Source: Acidimicrobiales bacterium (GTDB taxonomy: Bacteria; Actinomycetota; Acidimicrobiia; Acidimicrobiales; SZUA-35). From it: a stretch of 64,000 nt of DNA. The stretch spans positions 21,591 through 85,590 of the forward strand of contig JABDIY010000137.1 in assembly GCA_013003535.1 (NCBI GenBank), read 5' to 3'. Under the pieces are notes generated by a model. That model was not told where the DNA came from and ran no database searches. It saw only the letters and a program-made list of their open reading frames with translations. Below are positions 19,396 through 27,622 of the stretch, piece after piece (position 1 is the first letter of the stretch; each line of letters starts with the position of its first letter). The position numbers were made by a program, and so were the translations under genes.

Positions 19396-20957
19396 GGGCC
19401 GATCCCCCGCTCCTTGAACCGCTTGGTCAGGAGTTGTGTAAACCGGCTGGCGCCCGCCTGGTTGAGGTGGGTCAGGTCGGCCCAGAGTCCGTCATCGTCC
19501 AAATCACCGCTGAGGTCCACGAACGTTGCGCCGGTTGGTGCGATCACCTCACGTTCGAGCTGATCGAACGACGCAGCAATGGTTTCCCTGCCACCGGGGA
19601 TGAGCTCCACCGCCTCGGGGCTCACCGTCATTCCAACGATCACCACCTCAGCGCCCCACGCCTGGAGCTGCGCTACGACCTCGGCTGTGACCGCCGCCCG
19701 ATCGCCACAGAAGGTGGGATCGGCGAACTGATTGGTGTAATCGGGGATCTGCGCGGCGATCGCATCTGGGTTCCGGGAGTTTCCCTTCGGCGCATTGCCC
19801 ATGTTGGCATTGGGGAACCCGGTGTCCCGGCCGAGCAAGATGTCGAGGTTGTCTACGCCGGCGAACCAGCCAGAGGCGGCAAATGTCATCTGGCGGTTGG
19901 CCAAGCGGTCCGAGAACTGTTCGGCTCGCCCCGGTGTAATGCAGGTTCCGAGAAGATCGACCGGCCCCATGAGCCACACGATCGTGGTGGGTGAGGCATA
20001 GCGATACACCTCGGGTACCCAAAGCTGTTGTACCTCTGCCAATGACCCCGGCAAGAAAGCATTGCCCACCGACACCCCCAAACCGCTGGACAGGTCCGAT
20101 ACCTCGATCGCGGCACCGGCTTGGGAGCTTCCAAGTACCACAAGGTCCACCGGGGCCAGCGGATTGCGCAACCACCGATATGCCGGCAAGGCCGAGTAGA
20201 AATGGAAGAGACGCGTCATGATCGATCCGCTCAACAAGCGGTCGACTTCCGCTACCGATGCCGATGCGGTAGATGTCAATGCCAGAAGGTCACCCAACGA
20301 CGGATCGTCGACGGCTATCGGGAGAGCATCGGGGGCCAAACAGCCAGGCTGGAACAAGGTTCTCTCAAACAACGATCGTCCCAAGGCGCGCGCAGGAGAC
20401 GAGCCGATGAAGTCTTCGGGTGGGGAGTCGGCGAGTTTGGTTTCCAGCCCACTGGTCACAACAAGAAGTCGAGATAACGCATCTCGCCAGGTCTCGACGT
20501 CCACTCCACACGCCCTATCGAGCTCATCCAAGAGTTGAGTCAATTCCACGAATGAGGGGCGAACGGATTCAGGGGCGGCGTTGGCCAGTGGTTCATAAAC
20601 GAAGGCCGGAAGAACGCCCTCCATGGCGATCACCTGATCCGCGTTAATCGGATCGCCCGGCTGTAACCAGTTCGTTTCTACCGCCTCGGGCAGGGCTTCG
20701 TCCGGACAGGTAACGGCTTCGGACTCGAAGCCGTATTCGTCTATGGTCACGGTCCGCTCGCAACCCGAGTCGAAAACGACAACGCTCTCCGTCGGCGCGC
20801 CAACTGTAGCTATCACCCGATCAGCCACGTCATAACCGCCCTCTACTCCCGAGCCACATGCGGAGACGAGCAAGACCAGAACAAGGCTGATGGAGACGCG
20901 ACTCTGTGATCGCCGAACTCGGTCGAAGGCAGGAGGCGGGGGCGGCGGAGGCGACAT
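19392..20957 (-). CDS. SGNH/DltD-like putative lipoprotein
   Basis: ATG 20957 overlaps MBOAT stop; lipobox-like LVSAC; VVLGSSQA, DLTHLNQAGA. Confidence 0.65.
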   Translation of the reverse strand: MSPPPPPPPAFDRVRRSQSRVSISLVLVLLVSACGSGVEGGYDVADRVIATVGAPTESVVVFDSGCERTVTIDEYGFESEAVTCPDEALPEAVETNWLQPGDPINADQVIAMEGVLPAFVYEPLANAAPESVRPSFVELTQLLDELDRACGVDVETWRDALSRLLVVTSGLETKLADSPPEDFIGSSPARALGRSLFERTLFQPGCLAPDALPIAVDDPSLGDLLALTSTASASVAEVDRLLSGSIMTRLFHFYSALPAYRWLRNPLAPVDLVVLGSSQAGAAIEVSDLSSGLGVSVGNAFLPGSLAEVQQLWVPEVYRYASPTTIVWLMGPVDLLGTCITPGRAEQFSDRLANRQMTFAASGWFAGVDNLDILLGRDTGFPNANMGNAPKGNSRNPDAIAAQIPDYTNQFADPTFCGDRAAVTAEVVAQLQAWGAEVVIVGMTVSPEAVELIPGGRETIAASFDQLEREVIAPTGATFVDLSGDLDDDGLWADLTHLNQAGASRFTQLLTKRFKERGIGP

Positions 20958-22360
20958 CAGAACTGGAAATACACGAAAGGGCGGGGCGAACCGCCGGAAA
21001 ACAGTACAACGCCCACGACCGCAGCGGAGACCAGCGCCCCCGCAATTTCTGGGCGGCGGCGGACGGCGGCGATGGTGATCCAGTCCAAACGGGCGGCCAC
21101 GTCGATACACACCATCGTGGCGAAGGCTGCAGCCACCAACATGAGGTCCGCTCCGCTGGATACTCCGCTCTGGAAAGCCATGGCCCGGAAGACCTTCACG
21201 GACGCACCAAGGTCCTCGGCGCGGAAGAAGACCCATACGGCGCATACGAGCATGAACGTGATGGTGACTGCCGGGATATCGGTGAATCGGAGCGGACGAT
21301 CAGGAACCGAACCATTCCGCACGAGCCGATGAATGACCAGCAACAGACCGTGCAGAGCACCCCAAATCACGAAGTTGAACGATGCTCCATGCCATAGACC
21401 GCCGAGCAGCATCGTGAGCATCAGATTGGTGTACGTGCGGACGGTCCCTCGACGGTTCCCGCCCAGGGAGATGTAGAGGTAGTCGCGCAGCCAGTTGGAC
21501 AAGGAGATGTGCCATCGCCGCCAGAACTCAGTGATGTTTCTGCTCAGATATGGCTGGGCGAAGTTGAGTGATAGCTCGATGCCCATGAGTCGCGAGACGC
21601 CACGCGCCATGTCTGTGTAGCCCGAGAAGTCCCCGTAGATCTGAATTGCGAACGCCGCGATTCCCGTCCCCATCGCAACCCACGACATCTCACCGGGGGC
21701 TGCGAAGGAGCGGTCCACGACGTCAGCGACGCCATCAGCCAGCACCACTTTCTTGAACAGGCCAAGAAGAATCAGTGTGAGGCCCGAGGTGATTTGATCT
21801 GTTGAGACACGACGGTTCAGCTCCTGGAGCTGGGGTAGGAGCACGTTGGCCCGCTCGATCGGGCCAGCGACGAGTTGGGGGAAATAGGCGACGTAGGTTG
21901 CAAAGGTCACCACGTTTCGGACGGGCCGTAACCGGCGTCGGTAGACGTCGATCGTGTACGACAATGTCTGGAACGTGTAGAAACTGATCCCTACCGGCAA
22001 CACCACCTGGAGAAACGGCCGGTTCGGTTCCGCCCCGGTTCTACCAATCAGGTCAACGAAAGAATCGACGAAGAAGTTCAGATACTTGAAGATGCCCAGG
22101 ATCCCAAGATTGACGACCAGCGAGGCGATCAGCAGCAGCTTGCGTGCATGCGCCCCGTCGGCTACTTCCAGACGACGGCCGATCGTGTAGTCGACCACCG
22201 TGCTGATGGCGAGAAGGCTGAGAAACCGCCAGTCCCACATCCCATAGAAGAAATAGGACGCCACCAGGACGATCGGATTTCTCAGCCGGGGTGGTGCGCC
22301 CCAGTAGAGCGCCAAGACAACCGGGAGGAAAATCGCAAATGCAATCGAGTTGAACAGCAC
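20957..22360 (-). CDS. MBOAT O-acyltransferase (AlgI/PatA/DltB family)
   Basis: LPVGISFYTFQ, FPQLVAGPIER, QIYGDFSGY, FWRRWHISLS, GLWHGA; C-terminal PFVYFQF. Confidence 0.93.
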   Translation of the reverse strand: MLFNSIAFAIFLPVVLALYWGAPPRLRNPIVLVASYFFYGMWDWRFLSLLAISTVVDYTIGRRLEVADGAHARKLLLIASLVVNLGILGIFKYLNFFVDSFVDLIGRTGAEPNRPFLQVVLPVGISFYTFQTLSYTIDVYRRRLRPVRNVVTFATYVAYFPQLVAGPIERANVLLPQLQELNRRVSTDQITSGLTLILLGLFKKVVLADGVADVVDRSFAAPGEMSWVAMGTGIAAFAIQIYGDFSGYTDMARGVSRLMGIELSLNFAQPYLSRNITEFWRRWHISLSNWLRDYLYISLGGNRRGTVRTYTNLMLTMLLGGLWHGASFNFVIWGALHGLLLVIHRLVRNGSVPDRPLRFTDIPAVTITFMLVCAVWVFFRAEDLGASVKVFRAMAFQSGVSSGADLMLVAAAFATMVCIDVAARLDWITIAAVRRRPEIAGALVSAAVVGVVLFSGGSPRPFVYFQF

Positions 22361-22453
22361 CGAAGGCCTACCGAACTCTGGCCGCTACGGAAAACGCCTG
22401 CACTCCCAGAAGGTAGCGAGCACGCGACCTCCAGCGAGGGATAGGACCGCCTT

Positions 22454-25144
22454 CTAGGTCACGAGCCGGTAGTAGCTGGGACTGGCGATCATGTTGGCCG
22501 CAACGGTGAGATCATCGGTTTTCAGAAGCATCCCGGCCCAGTTTTCACGGTCGGCTTCGGATGGAGCCGCACCGGCAACCCGTGTGTACAGCCGGGTAGC
22601 ACGGTCCCGCCTACTTTCGATCGAATCATAGAAGCCGGCAGTCACTTGAGAAGGGGTGGCCTTGCCGCTGGTGAGCAGCCCGGCCCAGTACGCCCGACCC
22701 GAGGCATCGGGGCTCCGGTGCAGAAGTGATGCGTAGAGTTTGTCCACATAGCCTTCCGCTCCACCCGAGCGTTGGAAGAGCTCGCGGGAGCCATAGAAGT
22801 AGACACCCATGTCCCGAATCGAAAGCTGCCCGGTGTTCAGAAGATTGCTCCAGTACGCCAGACCTTTGGCGTCGCCGGGACGGCCCAGAGCGCTGGCGTA
22901 CATGTCCGCCACGGTCGAATCGGTGAAACCGCTCGTCCGGACCATGGCCGATCCGAGTGCCGTGGTTCCTCGGAAGTCGGTCTTCCAGCGCCAGTGGTCC
23001 AGTTCGTTGGTCCCGGGGGCCCGGCCGAGAAGATTCCGGAACACCGCGTCGATGTAGCGAGCGTCGCTGCCCTGTAAGAATGAAGTGCCAGTGAGGTCAT
23101 AGCCGGTCAGGACTGCATCAACGATGGCATTGGTTCCGATGTTCGTGGTGCTCGACACGACAGGACGCTCGTCGCCGAAAGTCCACCACCGCCCCTCGGT
23201 ATCAACTACCCATCCGCCGTTGAGATTGGGGCCGGCCACCACTGCGGTAGGACGGGACGGTACAACATCGCCGAAACTCGTTGCCGAACCGAAACCGATC
23301 ACCTCGCCGATGTGGGTCAGGACGTAGCCGGAGGTTCCAGATGGCCAAACCACGATGTCGATGACGTTGCCAACGGGTCGAACCCGCAGCGATCCTGCCG
23401 GTGTGTTGAACACTGGGAACAACGTTCCCGCCGAATTGACGGTATAGCCCACCTTGGCGTCGTTCACGTCGCCGGCGACCACTCCGGACCCTCTGGAGGA
23501 TCGGTCCTGCACCTGGCCGCCGAACCCATGCAGGTACCCGTCAGCTGTTACGACATAGCCGCTTTTGCCGCTGTCCCGAACGATGAGGTCAACGGGGTTC
23601 GCGCCGCCGGGCTGACCGCCGACCGCCGGAGCATCTCCGTAGGGACGAAGTGTGCCGTTCGAGGCCAGGACATAGCCCGCGGTCGCTGTGCCACCGATCG
23701 CGATAGCAGGTGCAGCTGCAGGAGGATTGGTGGGCGCTGCCTGGCCCAGCGCTGGCCGCAGGCCGCCCCACACGTCAGCGGCGAGAAGCTTGGGCCCGAA
23801 ATCGTCGCCCACAATTCCATCCTGGGCATAGGGAGGGCTGCCGGCGTGAAGAGGCGTGAACTTCGCCTTCATGTCACTAACTACCGGCATGGTCCAGTTG
23901 CCCGGACAAGACGTCACTCCGAGATCACGGTGGCCCATGATGGTGGGAACCTTGACATACTCGCTGGAGGGGTGTTTGAGCACGCCACCGATGGCGGTGT
24001 TCTTCAGCAACGTTGTCCCATTTGGATCCACACCATGAAGGCGCAACTTCCATGCACCCAGCGCCTGAACCGCTTGCAGCTGAGCACTGCTGGGCCGGGC
24101 AGGAGCTGGGCTCTTGACGTTGCTTTGGTGCTGACCCAAAAGCGCTACAGCGAACGTGTTGTCGTTGAATCCACGAGAGTGCCCACCGATCACCGGGCTG
24201 GCAATGCCACCCGATCGCCCTTCCCAGAGCGTCCCGAATTTGTCTACCAAGAAGTTGTACGCCACATCACACCAGCCCCGGGTGCCGGTATGAAACCGAT
24301 GGATGCCCTGCAACAGCTTGGGCACCTCGGCCTGGGAGTAGTTGTTGGTGGTGACCGTGTGATGGACCACCATGGCGCGCAGGCTGTTGGTATACCGTGG
24401 CCCATCTTCACATCCCGAGTTCTGTCGTTGATAACCGGGACTGCCCCATTCTGAGTTGGAATGGATCGTGGGCTGAGCACCCCAGGTGGCTGCCACCTTG
24501 GCGCTCGCACTGGGAGAAGAGATCAGCGATGACGAAGCACCCGGAGCGTCCAGGGCCTCGACCCTGACCGCCGATACATCCCCGTCCATCAAGACAACCT
24601 CAACGTGCTTAGCACCTTCTCCTACCCAGATCGGCCCCACCGCCCCCGCCCCCTCGGCTGCCGCGGATCCAGAGCCCTCGCCGCCAGGAAGGCCATCAGG
24701 ACCCTCTTCTCCGTCGCTGTGAAGGAGTGCCCACTCGCTCCAACCGTCTTCGTCGCCAGAGCGAATTGCCATCTGGGTGTGGACCACAGGATTCCCATCC
24801 GCCCCCAGGGGTTGAACGATCACCATTTCCGACACACCGTCGAGCGCCACTGCCGTGGATGGCAACGGCGTGGATTTCGCCAAGATCGGGTGGTCATCAA
24901 CGTGCTCGTCATCGCCGTCGGTGTCCGCACCGGCCGCGAGGGCGATGAGTTCATCATCGGGTGTCACCGAGTGATCCAACGCGGTCGTCTGCTCGGTGAT
25001 ACGGATCTCGTCTGTGTCCGAGCCGGTCTGGTCCGAAAGCGCCTGGGCCGGGCCCGGCAAAAAGGCGGCGACAGACGAGATGAGCAGGGCAAAGGTCGCG
25101 AAGGTGGCTCGTACTGATCGCCGTTGAGAAAGAAAAGTCATCAA
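22454..25144 (-). CDS. Secreted N-acetylmuramoyl-L-alanine amidase (Amidase_2/PGRP) with propeller-like and DUF4214-like repeats
   Basis: VVHHTV, GWCDVAYNFLVD, GGHS, GHRD..TSCPG; GYV..xxG...FG repeats; LGRPGDAKGLAYW repeats. Confidence 0.88.
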   Translation of the reverse strand: MMTFLSQRRSVRATFATFALLISSVAAFLPGPAQALSDQTGSDTDEIRITEQTTALDHSVTPDDELIALAAGADTDGDDEHVDDHPILAKSTPLPSTAVALDGVSEMVIVQPLGADGNPVVHTQMAIRSGDEDGWSEWALLHSDGEEGPDGLPGGEGSGSAAAEGAGAVGPIWVGEGAKHVEVVLMDGDVSAVRVEALDAPGASSSLISSPSASAKVAATWGAQPTIHSNSEWGSPGYQRQNSGCEDGPRYTNSLRAMVVHHTVTTNNYSQAEVPKLLQGIHRFHTGTRGWCDVAYNFLVDKFGTLWEGRSGGIASPVIGGHSRGFNDNTFAVALLGQHQSNVKSPAPARPSSAQLQAVQALGAWKLRLHGVDPNGTTLLKNTAIGGVLKHPSSEYVKVPTIMGHRDLGVTSCPGNWTMPVVSDMKAKFTPLHAGSPPYAQDGIVGDDFGPKLLAADVWGGLRPALGQAAPTNPPAAAPAIAIGGTATAGYVLASNGTLRPYGDAPAVGGQPGGANPVDLIVRDSGKSGYVVTADGYLHGFGGQVQDRSSRGSGVVAGDVNDAKVGYTVNSAGTLFPVFNTPAGSLRVRPVGNVIDIVVWPSGTSGYVLTHIGEVIGFGSATSFGDVVPSRPTAVVAGPNLNGGWVVDTEGRWWTFGDERPVVSSTTNIGTNAIVDAVLTGYDLTGTSFLQGSDARYIDAVFRNLLGRAPGTNELDHWRWKTDFRGTTALGSAMVRTSGFTDSTVADMYASALGRPGDAKGLAYWSNLLNTGQLSIRDMGVYFYGSRELFQRSGGAEGYVDKLYASLLHRSPDASGRAYWAGLLTSGKATPSQVTAGFYDSIESRRDRATRLYTRVAGAAPSEADRENWAGMLLKTDDLTVAANMIASPSYYRLVT

Positions 25145-25299
25145 ATAATCCCAAATCCCGCTCCCCCGCCCGGAGGAGCGCTATGTCTATCGCCCAAATC
25201 CGCTCGCGGGCAAGGGGAAAAGAGCAATCGTCATTTGACCAGCGGCGATGTGACGGGTCGATCTCAATCCCGTGTCGAGAAGCGCCACCAGCGGTGAGA

Positions 25300-26394
25300 T
25301 CAGCTTGCTGTGAGCGTGGGACCAGCGGTGAGACGTAGTTCGGTGATATCCATTGCAAGGGCGTCGAACACGAGCATTCGCCCGACCAACGATTGGCCGA
25401 TCCCGAGCAACATCTTGATCGCCTCGACCGCCTGGATTGTGCCGATGATTCCCGGCAACACTCCCAAAACTCCCGCTGTTGAACAATTTGGCGCAACCGC
25501 TGCCGAAGGTGGGCTGGGCATGAAGTTTCGATAGGTGAATCCGCGACGCGGATCGAACACGGTGACCTGGCCCTCGAAACGGAAAACCGAGCCATAGACC
25601 ACAGGAATCCCGGTTGCGCTGGAGGCATCGCTGAGGGCGTAACGCGCATCGAAGTTGTCGGATCCGTCGATCACGAGGTCGTAGCCCGAGATGAGCCCTT
25701 TGGCATTCTGGTCGTGGAGCCGTTCTCGGTGCTCCACCACATTTACGTCGGGATTCAGAGCGGTGATCGAGCGGGCCGCCGACGCAGCCTTGTTCCAGCC
25801 GAGCCTCAACGAGTCGTGAATCACCTGCCGATGCAGATTGGTGAGGTCGACGGTGTCCATGTCGGCGATACCGATCGTTCCCACACCCGCGCCAGCCAGG
25901 TAGAGGGCCGCAGGACTGCCGAGCCCACCCGCACCGATGATCAGGACCTTGGAGGCGAGAAGTTTCTGCTGGCCGGCCACGCCCACCTCAGGGAGCAGTA
26001 GGTGGCGGCTGTAACGAGCCCGCTCGCTGGGTCCAAAGCCTGCCGGCACCGACCAATCTCGGGCATCGGCTTTCCAAGCGTCAAAACCGCCAGCCAGCGA
26101 CGATACGTCGCGGTACCCCAGCGACTCCATTGTTCGCGCCGCCAACAATGACCGGACCCCGCTTGCACAAGTGACGACGATCGGCACATCTCGGTCCGGC
26201 AGGGCTGCCATGACCGAGGTTTCCAGGAGACCGCGGGGCACTAAAACGGCGCCGCTGATCGTCCCTTGAGCGGTCTCGTCGGGTTCACGGACATCCAGGA
26301 CAACGGCGCCGGCCGAGCGTCGCCGGTCGGCCTCCGCAACGTCGATCTCCTCGATGGAGCGACGCGCCTCCGCCAAGATTTGGTCGAGGTTCAC
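25300..26394 (-). CDS. moeB: Rhodanese-MoeB/ThiF adenylyltransferase fusion
   Basis: LDVREPDE..CASGVRS rhodanese; RYSRHLLLPEVG, GAGGLGSP, NLHRQ, DGSDNF. Confidence 0.88.
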   Translation of the reverse strand: MNLDQILAEARRSIEEIDVAEADRRRSAGAVVLDVREPDETAQGTISGAVLVPRGLLETSVMAALPDRDVPIVVTCASGVRSLLAARTMESLGYRDVSSLAGGFDAWKADARDWSVPAGFGPSERARYSRHLLLPEVGVAGQQKLLASKVLIIGAGGLGSPAALYLAGAGVGTIGIADMDTVDLTNLHRQVIHDSLRLGWNKAASAARSITALNPDVNVVEHRERLHDQNAKGLISGYDLVIDGSDNFDARYALSDASSATGIPVVYGSVFRFEGQVTVFDPRRGFTYRNFMPSPPSAAVAPNCSTAGVLGVLPGIIGTIQAVEAIKMLLGIGQSLVGRMLVFDALAMDITELRLTAGPTLTAS

Positions 26395-27215
26395 GATCCT
26401 TCTGTCACATTTCTCGATTCCACATTTCTCGATTCCACATTTCTCAATTCCACATTCTCGATCCCGAGGATCGTTGGCAGAACTTCGCTGATCGAACGGT
26501 TGACCACGACGTCCGCGAGGTGATCCATTTCCGTTTCCGAACCGTTGATGATCAGGATTCTGGCTCCGGAGTGAACCGCGACGGGAATCACCTGATTGAT
26601 CGGCCCCACAGACAATGTGGAACCGATGGCGAGCAAGAGGTCACATTCCTGGGCAGCCCGGCTGGCTCGCTGAAGATCCCGCTCGACCAGACGTTGTCCG
26701 AAGCTGATCGTGGCGCTCTTCAGGATCCCTCCGCACATCGGGCAGGCTGGATCGGGATCACCATTCCGGACACGATCGAGCGCTTCGTGCATCGGTGCCC
26801 GGTAGGCACACGATAGACACGCGACTTCTCGCACTGAACCGTGGACCTCGACGATCCGGGCTGGATCCGAACCGGCTTTGTGGTGCAGCCCATCGATGTT
26901 CTGGGTCACGAGCGTGTGTAACTTGTTGACCTTCTCCAAATGAACCAGTGCGAAATGACCAGCATTCGGTTCGGCCGTCCATACCGGAGAATCGAGTCGA
27001 TTTCGCCAGGCCCTCTTCCTCACTTCGGGATCGGCAGCGTAGGTCTGGAGGGTGGATTGTTTCTCCGCACCTGGATTCTTGGTCCAAATGCCGTCGGGAC
27101 CGCGATAATCCGGAATCTGACTGTCCGTGGAAATGCCCGCGCCTGTCAGGACGGTTATGGCCGAGGCATCCTCGACGAGGTTTCGGGCGTCCATCGCGCC
27201 GGCGGAAGGCGTCAC
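26391..27215 (-). CDS. cobB: NAD-dependent sirtuin deacylase
   Basis: GAGISTDSQIPDYRG, TQNIDGLH, HG, CxxC..CxxC, GSTL. Confidence 0.92.
   Translation of the reverse strand: MTPSAGAMDARNLVEDASAITVLTGAGISTDSQIPDYRGPDGIWTKNPGAEKQSTLQTYAADPEVRKRAWRNRLDSPVWTAEPNAGHFALVHLEKVNKLHTLVTQNIDGLHHKAGSDPARIVEVHGSVREVACLSCAYRAPMHEALDRVRNGDPDPACPMCGGILKSATISFGQRLVERDLQRASRAAQECDLLLAIGSTLSVGPINQVIPVAVHSGARILIINGSETEMDHLADVVVNRSISEVLPTILGIENVELRNVESRNVESRNVTEGS
26406..26460. repeat. 15-bp tandem repeat CACATTTCTCGATTC, ~3.6 copies
   Basis: Direct copies at 26406, 26421, 26436, partial at 26451; encodes NVELR-NVESR-NVESR at the sirtuin C-terminus. Confidence 0.9.
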
Positions 27216-27241
27216 CGGTTCAAGGGTAACGATTCACTAAC

Positions 27242-27622
27242 GTGGCCAGCGTGGATGTAGACCTGAATGACTTCGCCCAAGTGGTAGCAGAGACGGCCAA
27301 GCGGGCCCGTGGCGCCGAGCGACAACCGGCGCACCCTTTGGAAATCGATCGCGAGATCTCGCACCATCTTCACGACCTACAGATGAACAGCCACGCCCTT
27401 TCCATCGCCTCGCATCCGCAGGAGACTCCCCGGAACAAGGCCGGCCAGCTGGCCCGACGCCTCGCCCTGAATCCGGCCGAACAACGACGCCTGAATCGGT
27501 CGCTCGTCCAGTTGGTGGAGGCGATGGACGAACGGGCCCGTCGGCAAGATGACGAGATCAGCAGGCTTCGAGCTCAGGTCGACAGACTGCTGGCTTATCG
27601 CCTGGGGAATGAAGTTCCGTGA
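27242..27622 (+). CDS. Hypothetical coiled-coil protein
   Basis: 126-aa ORF with heptad-like C-terminus; stop overlaps next GTG. Confidence 0.6.
   Translation: MASVDVDLNDFAQVVAETAKRARGAERQPAHPLEIDREISHHLHDLQMNSHALSIASHPQETPRNKAGQLARRLALNPAEQRRLNRSLVQLVEAMDERARRQDDEISRLRAQVDRLLAYRLGNEVP

Noticed and set aside
20958-21245. N-terminal extension of the 617-aa ORF
   Set aside because: Overlaps the MBOAT gene; the coupled ATG at 20957 is more plausible.
25145-25299. c-di-AMP (ydaO) riboswitch before the amidase
   Set aside because: Only a short hairpin and a CCCAAATCC direct repeat; the consensus elements are not recognisable.
26406-26460. CRISPR-like array
   Set aside because: Contiguous 15-mers with no spacers and no cas genes.
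26391-27215. Sir2 anti-phage effector (Thoeris/DSR)
   Set aside because: Canonical Zn-ribbon CobB-type deacylase with no defence partners.
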